Assembly (NCBI GenBank): GCA_964035545.1 | Contig: OZ037768.1 | Span: forward strand, 4,248,741 to 4,312,740 | Length of the DNA stretch: 64,000 nucleotides | Direction: 5' to 3' | Source of the DNA: Bugula neritina | Lineage: Eukaryota > Animalia > Bryozoa | The notes under the pieces: model-generated | Told to the model about the DNA's origin: nothing | Databases searched by the model: none | What the model saw: the letters and a program-made list of their open reading frames with translations, nothing else | Position numbers and translations under genes: made by a program | Part shown: in pieces, positions 50,101 through 64,000 of the stretch | Numbering within the stretch: position 1 is the stretch's first letter | Layout: each line of letters begins with the position of its first letter

Positions 50101-53100
50101 AATTTACTCATATAACACAAGTATACAGTATATATTACTGTATGTAATATTATATGTTATTACAACATAACACACATTAGAACTATTATTTATGTACTGT
50201 GCTAATATATCATTGCACGATATCTTATTCTGTGTAGCTACACTCTGTCGTTCTAGAAATATGTATAATAGACGTCTGCTCTGTGGTATGTTTAGGAAGA
50301 GTTTGCGGACTCTCTGGGAATGAAAGCTAACTCCAAGTTTGTGGAGCTCATGTTTAACGTGGCCGATAAGCAGAAGAGGGGATTCCTCAGATTCAGAGAA
50401 ATACTGGAACTGGTGATTATCATGTCTAAAGGTTGGTTTCTGATTGGTTAACTTGTTTAGAGACAGACTGCTGCAGTGAATATAAAGCCCTTTGCATGGT
50501 TTCGGCATCTTAGTATAATTGACTACTAGTAGAGATTTCAGTTTTGATAAATTTTATGAACAAAACTGAAATAGGCTATTCCATTATGAATTTACAGTTA
50601 GTCTTAGCAAGAACAGGTGTAGCCTGATAGTCTCACACCTACATTAAGCTCCTATCTGTTTAGTTGAAAAATCTTCAATTATTTAAAAAAATCAAGGTCA
50701 GATTTTTTTAAAGAAAAATTTGAAGCTATTTTAGTGTCAGGGAAGGGTTTTTTCCCAGACACTGTATAGTTATTTTTAGTTCCAATGAACATTACTATTA
50801 TAAACAGTGATTAGTGATATCAGATTTTAAGATGCTACTAACTAATCAGCATATCAATATCATCTAAAATATATGATATTCTATGTTTTAGGATCTCCAG
50901 ACAGGAAATTAGAGCTATTGTTTGACATGTTTGATTTTTCTGGAAATGGGAAAATCGCCAGAAATGAGATCACTCAAGTCGTGAGGTATTTGGATGGAAG
51001 TTATACTTCCTTTCTTTACACAAACTCCTGTGAATATGTTTTCATTTGAGGAAATCCATTTGATTGCTACAGGCAATAATTAAAACTTTTCAATAATTTA
51101 TTAAACCAATAATTTGCATCTACACTTGGAAAAGTTTTTAAAAGTTAATCTATTAAGAAATAGCACAAATTTTGTAGGTAATGACATAACTTTTGTTATT
51201 TTGCCGTTATTGAATTTTGATATTGTAAATTAACTGTTATGAACAACGATTATGATTTATACAATACAGATCATTGGTTGACCTTGCCGGGTCAAGCCAG
51301 CCCACATCTGACCTTGAACCTATAGTCACTGAAATGTACACATGTGCTGGTCTCTCCGACAAGGACGCTTTAGACTTTGATGACTTCAAACGACTTCTGA
51401 CTAGTAAAGATGAGAACTTTATGCTGAAAGTCGGGGTCGACTGGAAAGGTTGGTTCCTTTAAAACTCTTCTATCATAAGAATTGTGTCATTGCGTTTCCT
51501 TGTAGTTTTATTGGTCATAAATGCAAATTTTTAAAGTTTTCCTTGTTTTTCCTTGCCCACTTACTGAGTATTCATCAATTAAACTATTTTCGCAATTGAA
51601 AATAATTTCTGGATCCTCTGGAGTGTAATGAGTGCTAGGTAATAAAACAGTATTTTTCTATAACTGTATGCGACTACATTATTGTGTTCTAGGACTAAAA
51701 AAGACGGCTACTAAGCGACCGAAGCTGAGAGCCATTGGGAATGCAAATAGACTGACACTGGAGAAGCTGCCAGATGACTCTATTGATAATGTCTTACACA
51801 GCAAAGACTCGGTTAGAAGAGGTTCTTACAACAGATCAGAGCATGGTATTGGGAATGGTATGACCCCCACCGTATCAGTTGAAGATCTACAGTCTGTACT
51901 AAGTGAAGATTCAGCTGTAACGGCCACACCAACTCACACTAGGATTGGCTTTTATGACACGCCAGAATCAACTATAGATAGAAAACTAGGTGCGTGCATA
52001 GCATAGTGCAAGACCAATAGTGCATCTCGCGGTGTTATTATTAACATGTTTATCAGATGTTTGGGGATAAATATTTTTGCAACTTGTTATTCTTCATTTT
52101 TCTATCTTCCACATTATTTACAAAATTTACGTTCTTAATAATTTAAATACTAAAATTTTTATAGCTAACTTAGCGGTTTCTATATGCAGTACTTTCACTG
52201 TTATTGATAGAGATGCCAATTTTAAGCAAAACACAAAAAATTTACTTGTAAACTGAAATCTCACACACTTGTACAATGTAAATTCAAACGTCAAATGGCT
52301 AAACCCAACATAATACTCCTACTAATGAAGAACTCTAGCTGAGCAATAATTTTTCGTAGCTTATAAACCCTCTATCAATTAGCATAAAGATAAACAGCGA
52401 TGTATATATAAGATGTTGTTTTCTCTTCACACCTCTCTGTTATCTCAGATTATAGTCTATGATGTGCTGGACATCTTTTTAGTTGTTAGCCAAAAAGATA
52501 TGAAAGTGATGCACTGTGAGAGTATGTATTGTTAAAATTACAGTTCACAAACCATCAAGTTTGTTTCTAAAGAGAGTGGAGCCACCAAAGTTTGATCCAA
52601 AGACTGCTAGAATTAAATCATTTATTCATTACATTGAGAACAGGAAGCGGGAGATAGCTGTCTTGTTCTTCTTCTACGCCGTCTGCATTGGATTGTTTGT
52701 CGAGAGATTTGTCTGTGAGTTTATGTTTATTTGGTAATGACTCAATTTTAACCAAAATAGTATGCTTCAAAAACAATTCAACCTAAAACTTTGGCTATGC
52801 AGAAACTTCACTGTAAATAAAATTTTTTTACGAGTTTTATGCTCACATCATTTTCTTAATTGGAGTTGTTGGAGCTTTGTAAATTTACTATATACAGACA
52901 GGTTTTTATATTTACTTGCATGTAAGTCAATTTTTCATTTAAAGAGTACTCTCTGAAAAAATAGAACAATATTTATTGTATGGCATTTCATTGCCATTTC
53001 ATATATTGTTTTCCTCTTACAGTTTACCTGTATGCTAATGAACATAATGGAGTAAGACAGACACTGAATGCAGGTGTGGCATTTGCTAGAGGTGCAGCTG

Positions 53101-56100
53101 AAGTGTGTTCCTTCTCTTTTTCTATTTTACTCATAACCATGTGTTACAACATGGTGCGGTACATGAGGGAGACCGTCCTCAACTTGTACATTCCGTTTGA
53201 TAAGAACATAGTCTTTCATAAGATAGTAGCTTGGACGGCTGTTGCATTCACAGGTATGGAAATGGTTTATAGAGTTATTAAAACTATTGAACTTTAAACT
53301 ATGTTTTAAAGTACCGTTTTTTATTTGAATTTATAAGATGCTATTTATAGAGTGTGAGTCTTAACAGGTTGATATTTTAGTATCTTTTTTTCCATTTTCA
53401 GCTGTTCATGTCGTAGCCTATGGTTTCAACTACTATTTCTTAGCCTCAGGACCTGCAGATCATGCTTGTTTCTTTGACACAGCAGTTTATCCATCAGATG
53501 GGTTTATAAGAGTTGGTCCTACTCTCTATACAACATTGCCAGGTATGATGTGTGGCCATGCAATGGTAACTATACAGTCAGTGGTTGATGTGCCATGTTT
53601 TCCTGTGGACACAGCAGGGGTTGTATTAGTATTTTCAACACTATTTTATGCACTGTACAGTGCAGCCACCTTTTCACTTTTTTATAACATCAAACAATTT
53701 ATCAAATCAATTTTTTAATTAAAATGACTTACTAGAAACTTTATTAAAAATAAATTTAAAAGAAATGTTTATGTAATTTAATCAAAAGCAATTTTTAAGA
53801 AATTTCAATAACTTTCAACATAACTATAATAATGCATTTAGTATTTTTTATTATTGAAACGATTTGTTATTGAACTGCAAATAACATTGCCTAATTGTCA
53901 CAGTTGAGTGAATACTGTGCTTGCTATACTGATATTATATAGACTATACAGTATACTAAAATTTTTAAAACTAATTACAGAAAAATAGCAAATCTATATT
54001 TTCCACTGCATATAAATTTTTGTGTAGGTATCTTTATTTGGCATCAATTTTTTTATTATATTTTAATTTGTAGTTTGAAAGCAGGTTTTTATAATTTTTT
54101 ATTAGATGGTATATATTTTGTATGATGAAACAGTTCGTTTAGTAAATGACTAAGCTTTTAGATTTCATCAACGAGAGCACGTACACGTACCTAGTCTTCT
54201 ATGTATTGAACAATGGAGTTAATAAACATACAACAGTGTATACCTAGAAATGTAAGATATTTTATTAAACAGAATCTGGTGCTTATATGATCAACACCTC
54301 AGTAGAGTTACATCGACTCTTTACGTTTCTTGTAGGAATCACTGGAGTGCTTCTGATTCTCACGCTGATTGTGATGTTTATTTTTGCCTCACAGACGGCG
54401 AGGCGCTACATGCACAACACCTTCTGGATCGTCCACAAACTGTTCATTTTTCTGTACATGCTCATGGCCATACACGGTCTGCTGTGGCTCACGCAGAAAC
54501 CCAACTTCATCTATCATTTCATTGGCCCGTGCGTTCTCTTTGTAATAGACAAAGTCTTGAGTGTAACTCGTAGAAAAATGAAGCTGAAAATCATACAGGC
54601 CGACTTGCTACCATCTAGTAAGTTTATTCATGTGTTTCTATCTGTGAGAATTTCTTATTTTAATAGTTTTTGTAACTTTCTATAAGCCCATCAATTAAAG
54701 CAATTATTACTTTATGCTATGGAGTAACAGATCATATCACAGGCATTTCTTTGCATCTTTATCAGTTGTGCAACTGTATTGGTTTGGGTATTGCTTTATT
54801 TCCTTCGTAAGATCTGTTTCAGATTAACTATGTCAATTTTGAAACTGAACGTGACTGTTAGAGCTGAAGATTCTTCAACTGTCAAAATTTTACTTTCTAA
54901 TAGTTTCAATATTTCTCATCACCTACCAAACATACTTTCAATGTATGTAAAGGAAAGTTTAATCTATAGTTGGTGTTTATAGCTTATATAGCAGCAATGA
55001 ATTCGATATATTAAGTATGTTCTTAAAAGTTGTTGATGCCTGTGATTCAAATTTTAAATTTAACATCCAACAGTTGCTTTTCACAAGGGATGTTGAATAA
55101 TATCATGTTTGCATACTACTACACCTAATCAAACACCACTATTGCACTCTTGAGTGTTCTGTGGTAGTCATTCTATAAACATGTATTTTTCCAGATGTGA
55201 CTCGAGTTATGTTCAAACGTCCTGCAAACTTTGAATACAAGTCAGGGATGTGGGTGAGAATAGCCTGCGATGCACTCGGACTAAACGAGTACCATCCTTT
55301 CACCTTGACCTCTTGCCCTCACGAGGACTTCCTGTCTCTACATATAAGAGGCGTTGGACCTTGGACTATGAATCTCAGAAGTGTAATCGAGTCCAGTCAG
55401 AAAAAGGAAAGAGCTCTCCCTAATGTAAGCTAACCGAGAACGTGACATCATTTCCACAAGTTATTTTCACTTGTTGTTGTTTTTTGTTAAGTTAAGCTGT
55501 TGAAACAAATTTGTGACTAAGCTGACTATTAATGTGCTTCCATCAGTTGATGATTCATCAGGACTTGAAATGCTTTGGAAATGCTTTAATAATATGAAGT
55601 GCATACGTGATTGTTGCCAAGTATATTTTTCCATGAGCTTTCCAAAGATTTTAGTCCAGGCCCACTAAACTTTTCTGTCAAAATAAAGACCCTTACAATT
55701 ACATAAACTAATAATATAATCATAAACGACTATTTACTCCCGTATACTTACTTTCTTGCAATTACAATCACAGTATAAGTTAAAGCTTCTGCTACTTGTT
55801 GAACTGCTTGTTTAGTATGAATAGACTAAGCTCCATTAGAGACATTAGGGCTGTGTGAGAGAGTATCTCATTGCAATTCTCTTGCGATATTTTGAATTCT
55901 TCAGCCAGCCATGTTGTCAGAATGACTCAAATGTCAAGTTAGGCACTCAGAAAGTTGTTGTGTTGTTGAGCTCATGTTCCATGCTTGAATGTGTTTGGGA
56001 AAACTTTGAATATATTCATATATAGTATATTGTGTTTGCATATCTTGTAGGCAAGCTTGGTTTTATTTAAAGAGAAGATAACTCTAAACTTATTGTTTCC

Positions 56101-57951
56101 TACAATTGTATGCATGTATACCTTGTATGCATGTATGTCTTGTATTATTTATGTTTCTAAAGATATTTGTCGATGGACCGTTTGGCTCTGGACAACAAGA
56201 CTGGTACAACTTTGAGGTATCTGTGCTGGTAGGGGCGGGTATTGGTGTCACCCCTTACGCCTCTATACTCAAAGATTTTGTGCACATGATGAGAACTAAA
56301 AACAGGTCTGTTGGTAGTCAGTTAAAGACCTAAACAGTTATTTTTATTTTATTCTTAATTTTTGTCGTATGAAAGGCTTATAAAAACTAGGAGTTTAAAT
56401 AGAAAAACCTCATTATGTTTAGGTCTTTTAATTACCTATATTTGATAAACTTCCAGGAATCCCATGTAAAATGCATCTTTATATTTTTATATGTTTTATT
56501 GTGTTTTTTATTTAGATTTAAAATAAAGTGCCAGAAAGTGTATTTCATCTGGTCTACAAGTAACCAGAGAAGTTTCGAGTGGCTCATTGATATTTTAAAG
56601 CAAGTTGAAGAAGTGGACATCAACTCTACTGTTTCTACTAACATATTTATCACACAATTCTTCCAAGGGTTTGATCTCAGGACCAGCATGCTAGTGAGTC
56701 TCCTAGTTGCTGTGAAAATTGTTCAAATTGATTTTCGTGATAAAGCTAGTTATCACTTTAGAAAGATGTCAATTGTCAGCTGATAAGTGCAGATGTATAT
56801 AACAAATTGAGTGCAGATGTGTATAATGGCTGAGTACAGATGTGTATAATGGCTGAGTGCAGATGTGTACATATAAAGGGCTGAGTGCAGATGTGTATAA
56901 ACTAATAAATATGCTTGGTCACTGTATAATTGCTGTATGCATAGTGTTTTACTTTGTTATGTTGTCATTGTTATGTCATAGCCTAGTGACAATCAGTTGA
57001 CAGTGTTTGTAAAGTGATCTCATATCTATGATATGAATGTTTATTTTTAGTACGTGTTTGAAGAGCACGCTAAAAAGCTGGGTGGGTGTAGCTTGTTCAC
57101 TGGATTAAAGGCTACAACTAACTTTGGTCGGCCCAACTTCCTTGAAATATTCCATAAAATCTCAGAAGAACATCTTCGAGTATGTATAGTTTAAACACGA
57201 GTTCTATAAATATGCATAATGGCATATAGGCATATAGCATATCACTACAAACACGACACACTGTTATATACACCATGACTTGCAGTATAATATAGTGCAT
57301 TGATGGAATTAAGTTTTTTCTTGTATTTTTAAAGCAGTTTATGGAAGCCAATTTTATTTCTTGGAAACAAGAAATCTATTTTACCCGTATACCTTGAGTT
57401 AGAAGTATATTACAATCTCCAAAACTGTCCAACAAAGATTTTTTTGTAATTTAAACTAACAACTTTAGAAAAATCCTTACTTGAAACACAAATTTACATT
57501 TAGTATTTTGGCATTTTCACTATACGTTACGTATAGCTTTATACTACATTTGATTGTCATTGACTACCTTGCAACGATGTTTAGTATGCATATATAAGGT
57601 AAATAATATAAAAATTTAAAAGTTGAAACAAATTCTTTTATACCTAAAGAAGTGTATTTAAGAATTCCTTATGGCATATGATCTTTTATACTATCATTAT
57701 GAAAAGTATATATATTTACTTTGCATTCCAAGAAGTTCATATTCACCAGATTACTGTGTTGAACATTGGAGCTATGGGTACTGTTATTTAAACCATTTAG
57801 ATATATACTTAAGTTGCAATTTTTTTAGGTTAAAAATATTGGAGTGTTTAGCTGTGGTCCTCCTGGCATGACAAAAGGCGTAGAAGAGGCGTGTATCAAA
57901 TCATCTGCTACCACCCATTCTCAATTCCAACATCATTATGAAAACTTCTAA
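38135..57951 (+). CDS. DUOX: Dual oxidase (peroxidase-homology domain, TM1, EF-hands, NOX core), about 29 exons
   Basis: Signal peptide [18 protein letters not shown] (38135-38186; start tentative); [15 protein letters not shown]; PNPRKIT; [14 protein letters not shown]; ENPALL; RGRDFG; [10 protein letters not shown]; EF-hands ([24 protein letters not shown]); paired heme His (FHKIVA...VH, WIVH...IHG); HPFTLTS; DGPFG; GAGIGVTPY; VFSCGPPGM...HYENF* with stop at 57949-57951. Confidence 0.96.
56787..56899. repeat. Degenerate ~22-bp tandem repeat (GCTGAGTGCAGATGTGTATAAT), about 5 copies, in a DUOX intron
   Basis: AGT(G/A)CAGATGT(G/A)TA recurs five times. Confidence 0.8.
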
Positions 57952-59172
57952 AAAACCAAACTCATTAAATATTAAAATGTATGCTAATTTAAAAAATTAT
58001 TACCTAATGAAATATATAAATTAGTAAGACAGTCCAATGATATAATATCTATATCTTTATGATATATAACCGTTATATATATAATATATTCAACAAATAT
58101 TAATCATAATCCTATATATTACACTTGCATGAGTTTATATATAATATTGCATGTAATGTGCATAATCTCTATGTTTTATTAATATACAAATTCTGTTATG
58201 TAATACTTTTGTTAAACTATTTAAAGGAATTCTGTTGTTTTATTGTGTTGAACAATTAAAATATAAACTATTCAATGAGGTTGATTTAATATTTCTATTT
58301 GAGCAATTTGAATTGTGACGCATTTATATTTTTATTGACAAAACATATTTGACCTGTTACTTATAAAAGCTTTATAGCTATTATGTTGATACTTCAATAA
58401 GCTACTAAAATGATAATAAACTATAAAATACTTTGTTTGTCTGTAGCCTAGGTTACCAGTTCATTGCCCCTGTTGATAGGAAGCTATTCTGCATTCAATA
58501 GATTGTTACTTTTATAGATCTACTGTAGTATAAACAATTAAACACTCCTATCATTTATATTTAGTTACCTTATTTCATGGAACATAGATCAAATTTTATA
58601 AAGTAAATATTAAATTTTACTAAGTATGTATCGTAACTATGAGTTCTTGATCTGTGTTAGGAATGGCTAAAACTATTACTAGTTCTTCTGTGTTTAGGTA
58701 AGTTAAAGTCAACTAAGGTTCATAAATATGACTACTTCAATGTAGACTATAGTTAGATGTCTGTCTGTTCATACAGCAGTTGAATCAGTGAGTCATGAAT
58801 AAATAAAATTTTTTAATTTTCTGGGAGTTTCTTTTTTAAAACAAATGCAAAATGTGACTGACTATATATGATGACACACTGCAAGGTACACACAAAGTTT
58901 TAAACAAAAATTAATCAGTTTATTATGTAACCTTGGCATTATTAAACTAGGTGTGTGTGTTCACAATGAACACCATGCATATATACATTGTAACCTTATC
59001 TTACACTTACCATGTTAGCTTTTTAAAAGAATACATAATAAGCCAGATAAGCATTGTAATACAAAATGCTGATAGCATAGTCAATCAGCACTAAATCTAT
59101 AGACTTACAAAGGCAGGTTCCAACCTTGTTGAGTCGTACTAGAGAACTAATTCCTATAGTGAATGGTGAGAC

Positions 59173-62100
59173 ATGGGGAACTCTTGTGGGAAATCAGCTT
59201 CTGTTGAGTTTGTTGGTACCCCAGCCTCTGAGAGAGGTGGTGATGGTAGTGTCAGTACCCCAGCCTCTAAGAAAGGTGATGGTGGTAAGGATCCCAGACT
59301 AGCAGATGATGACAATAACAACATACAGCCAGTAGATGTAAGTCAAAGCCAGCTGAGGGCCATAGTTGAAGAGAGTAACAACAATGTAAGTAGTTTAAGT
59401 AGTATACTACTCAACTAGTGCCTATTCTAGCTTGTAGTGTAAGTAATACACTACTCAACTAGTGCCTATTCTAGCTTGTTTGAATTTCGATTTTCAATAG
59501 GTATATTTTAATAACACATTATATGTGTACAGTCGGCATAACTTTATTCATTTACAATACATACTTGACCTGGTACAACTTGCACATGATGTGTAACTAG
59601 TATTAGTTATGGCTTTATATGCACCCAACTTACTAGAATAAATACATCATGTGGTATTTAAACCTGACTCTGCCCATGTTTGTATCATTCAGTTAGATTT
59701 GCATGTGTCTGATTGTACTGTGAATGTTAAAAGGAAAGTTATGAGAAGTTCAAGGTAAGAGCTGAGTAGCCATTTCGCAGTATCATGATTACTCTACTCT
59801 TCTCAGTTTGTAGCCATAATTTTCAAACTAGAATTTTTCCACCTTCCCGATTTTGCGCTAAGAACTAACTTAAGATTGTATGGCTATACCATCAAGGCTT
59901 TACCTTTTCTTACCTGTGCGTGAACTGCTTAACTTTTCACCTGCTGGTTACTGATAAATAAGAAATTAGAAATACAAGCACAATTACACACTCAAATAGG
60001 CTTTGTGTAAAAATTATTGCCAATTAATAATATCTACTATAATACACTAAGTTCATTTGCATTCTCTATTTTATTAATTTTAACTTTACTGCAGGTTTTG
60101 ATTGAATAAACATCATATGTTTTAGCGTCTGATTCATGCAGTAGAAGTAGGCTATCACAAATAAAAGCTAGTAAGCTACGCATATGAGCTCTAGGTTATA
60201 CCAGAAGCAATTTAAAATGTGTTTATTTGTCTACTGTAAGTTAGAATGACAATTGCACAAAATTTCCTACCGGGACTATGAATCTATAAAGCTATACTTA
60301 CTCTGATTAACTGCAGTTATACCTGCTTTGCTTTTAAATAGACTCATCAGCAGTGCTTGGAATATGTAAAAGCCGCCCTAGACAAACAGAAAGTTAGAGA
60401 AAGTGTAGTTCATAACTATTCTGACAGCCTCTTAGATATACCAGGGGAGGAGCTGACCTTCAACTTTGATCATGTAGTGATCGAGGAAGATAGAGACGAA
60501 GTTGATGCAATGGTACTACCTCCAGAAGGTATACTGGCCATGAAGTTCAATCTGTTGAGTTTTAAGAGTTTAAAGCACTGCTAATAAGAATAGAAACTAA
60601 TAGATTTACAATTGCTATTTGTACTTTGGATTCAGAATGTTGATTGTGTTCAATTTGACAATCTATATTGAGGTAAATGAAGTAATGGAGAAATTGAGAA
60701 AGGCCAGTGTTCTAAACTAGAAATGTAGGAAAAGAAGTTATATGTTCGCACAAACAAATTTAATAAAAAATTTAAAGAATTTAGGCTATATCTCAAGTTC
60801 TCCACTACTGCTCCTAAATGTCTATGTTACTGCTGAAGTAGCCATGCTTTTTTCTTGAAGGACCCATTTACCCAGTGTATGTTACGGATGTTGGAGCTTC
60901 AGGTAACCAGCAGTAAAATTTCTTCTTGACTGCTTGATATGATTCTTCCAGCAAAATTTCTTTTTAGCTAAACGATTTTATTGCATAGTTTCCTAAAGTA
61001 TTGAACTATTTTAGAGTGCTAACCCTTTTATTTCATTGATTTAATTGTTCTTGTCTTCTCATTAAGTGACCATATGCTCTTTTGATAGCCTTAGATTTCA
61101 TGCTGTTCATGTGCACAGTATTCTTACTAAGTAACAACTTCTTGCAGCTAGAGTGAAGAACTGTGGCTAATTATGATCAATACTAAGTTCCAATTGCTCT
61201 CAAGTAATGATATTGCCACATAATTAGCTTAAGTTTTGAAGGAAATATGTTTTCATTAATCTTTCTAAAATATAACATAACTCAAGTGAATATACTGCTT
61301 AAAAGCTTGAATCTTAGCTATCAGACAAGACTAATTATAGCATTTAAATTTTTATTATGAAGAGATAACTCCTTTTGAAATGTAAAACTATTTCATAAAA
61401 AAGTAATCCATACATCCACAGCAAATGATGCATGCTCTGTCTATAGTAATTTAAATTCTCTTAACTATCCTATAGTAAAAATTAATTGATTCATTCAATA
61501 CAACTTCTGGCAGTACATGTATATTATTGTATAATATTATTGTATAATATTATTGTATATTATAGTATATGTATATTACGGTATGTTATAGTACATGTAT
61601 ATTATTGTATATCAAATTATATGCATATTATTGTATATTATAGTATATGTATATCATTGTATATTATAGTATATGTATATGTATATTGTATGTTATAGTA
61701 TATGTATATTATATTGTATGTTATAGTATATGTATATTGTTGTATATGTATATTATTGTGTATTATTGCATACATGTATAGTTGGTGACGAGGGAGAGGA
61801 TGAGATAGAAATTGATACGAGGTCTACAACTTGGGTTAGAAAGAGAAGCAAGGAGTTTGAGTATACATTACCTAATGACAAGTACAGTAAAGTCACACAG
61901 GAAGTGCTCCATCTTGAAAACACAAAGAAGAGGAAAATAGTGGCCATGAGTGACCTGCATTTGGGTGGCAGTTGGTCTGAAGGGATGGACTGGAAGCTAG
62001 AGAAATATCTTGAGAATTTGATCCAAATTGCAAAAGAAGAGGTAAGTTGATATTAGTATCTAAATAGAAACTATGAGTAGTTCCTGTTGAGATATCAATG

Positions 62101-64000
62101 TTGACTTGCAGCAGACAGTGTTTCTGAAGTAATATAATTCTGTAGCTGTGTATGTTGGACATGTAGCTCATGTCACACATGTCAGCCTGTAGCACAAGAC
62201 ACTATAAGTAATTCATTATCATTTTTAGTGAAAGCACTGACAATAAAAAATATATAAAACTTGACCATTAAGTAATAATCATTGCTGTCAATGTATTATC
62301 CCATGCAGATTTAGTACAGGCAGCTTTTTGGGTACCTCTACCACTTTGAGTACATAGGTACCAGCTAATCAGGCAGAGACTGTAAAACAAGTTAGCTTTA
62401 TTTTTTTGCAAGAAAATTACTGATTACTTATTTATATGAAATAATTTGCAATTACAGCTACAAATGCGATAAATTTTGCCAATTTATCCATTTATTCATT
62501 TTAACAACTAACAGGGCTTATTTATTCTTTTGTAAGAGCTTTATAAATATTTGTGATGGTAAATACTAAGATTGCAAATATGAACCCAATTGTTTTTTGC
62601 AGATCGCATGCTTTGTGATGTTAGGAGACATATTTGAGATGTGGCTGGAAAAATTTGCTGAAGTTCCACCAGATAATGCTGCCAGAGTGCAGGACTGGAA
62701 AGAATCCGCTTCAGTGCTTATCAATGCAATCGACAAACTTGTTTCAGAATGTGATGTTAAAGTCTTTTATGTCAGAGGAAATCATGATCGAGAAATAACA
62801 GAGCAAGACGTCAAAACGATTTTTGGCGAGAAGGTATCATTTGTCCCGTGCACGCTCATTCTTAGACTCAAAACAGGAAGTGAAGTTGAACACCGAGTAC
62901 GATTGGCCCACGGGCATGAATGGGATGTTTTCAACAGCTACATGTTGCAGGATTCTAACAAACTTATACCTAATAGACCTATCGGATATTACATCGCACG
63001 AGCTGTGTCCACAGCGGAGAGGCATGACAGTGGCTCCGAGGTAGAGGATTTACTAATCGGACTGGCTGGTGGTCTACTCAGCATGATTCCTAAAGCCTTA
63101 GAGGACGATCTTATTGATGTTTTACTCAGGCCAGAAGTTCACAGGAAGCTCATCGGGCGGTTGTTCGAGGGCGCTTTTGAAGTTGAAGACATCGACTTCC
63201 TCCTTCAAGCTAAATGTCGAGTCAGCGAAAATGAGTATGTGCGACTTCAGAGTCTCCTCGAATACCCTCTCTTTAGACTTTGCGGGTCAGAGGTAATGCC
63301 TTATTCATCTTTAAATAATTTAGCTTTAGCAAAGCTAAATGCATGAAAAGGTTATTTCACAAGTTCAGTAAAATTGAGTTTTATTTAATGCTGTGGAAAT
63401 CATCAGAATGATACAAAAATGCTCTACACATTGACTTCCATTTGAAGCATGTGATAAATTATGATTATATTAGCTTTAAGTAAATGATTCTTGAAAATTT
63501 TCACAAGTATATGATATGCATGCCAATATTTGGTGTAATATTTTTTGACTCATTGACTTTTATCTGCTTCTATTTATACAGTTTTCTGTTAGTATATATG
63601 CAGCATATGCGGAGGTATCATAGATTTACCAGTTTCACACAGCTTTATATTTATTAACTTTTTAACAACTTGTGTCTAAAAGCAGCTACTTTGACACTTC
63701 CTTTCAGTTTACTTCATGCACAAATATGGCCCTTCTTTGCAATTGTATAGTAACATTTCTACAGCAATGGATGCTTTTGTAAACGCTTTTTACAAACAAA
63801 TAAATTTTGTGTGAGCATGGTCATGTGAAATCAGCATCTTTATCAACCACATTTGTTACTAAAGGTTGGTAAACATGATGTCTTCCACATGATTAAAGCA
63901 TCTACTGGTGACTACAAGAAGTTTATAAGAAGAAGTGACGAAGATGTCGTTGTCTTAGCTCACACTCACAGGTGGGACTTGAGGAAATACAGGAACTACA
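59173..64000 (+). CDS. Calcineurin-like metallophosphoesterase (LpxH/YbbF-like motifs) with probable acylated N-terminus; exons 59173-59385, 60342-60528, 61782-62041, 62603-63292, 63865->64000 (partial)
   Basis: All five metal motifs are present: SDLHLG, LGDIFE, RGNHD, AHGHEWD, LAHTH. Exons join in phase. N-terminus MGNSCGK. Confidence 0.85.
61510..61780. repeat. Low-complexity GTATATTATT-type tract abutting a splice acceptor
   Basis: Repeated TATATTATTGTA / ATAGTATATG variants. Confidence 0.8.

Noticed and set aside
59386-59479. ~40-bp direct duplication (CTACTCAACTAGTGCCTATTCTAGCTTGT) at an intron start
   Set aside because: Ordinary local tandem duplication with no evident function.

Overview
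AT-rich, intron-containing eukaryotic DNA from an invertebrate animal (species not determinable from sequence alone). Host genes in order: 5' part of ELP2 (-), MND1 (+), a Bfr1/PPI1-like coiled-coil gene (-), PYCR (-), an orphan class A GPCR with a very long basic C-tail (+), a ~29-exon dual oxidase (+), and the 5' part of an LpxH-like metallophosphoesterase with a probable lipid-anchor N-terminus (+). The most unusual object is a complete, very young Ty3/Gypsy LTR retrotransposon (2142-9720, - strand; 271-bp LTRs identical by eye, CTTA TSD, tRNA-Leu PBS) inserted in the ELP2/MND1 divergent promoter. Where env would sit, it carries an extra ORF encoding two zinc fingers, a basic patch and a coiled coil, with no signal peptide or TM helix. 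Env-style splice signals would join the gag start to this ORF in frame, and all three Cys of the Gag zinc knuckle have been lost. Other elements: related AT-rich modules upstream of several genes, a tRNA-derived SINE with TSD, a 64-bp-arm hairpin and two opposed minisatellite arrays. All gene models were assembled by eye from GT-AG sites and reading-frame phase; no database search was run.
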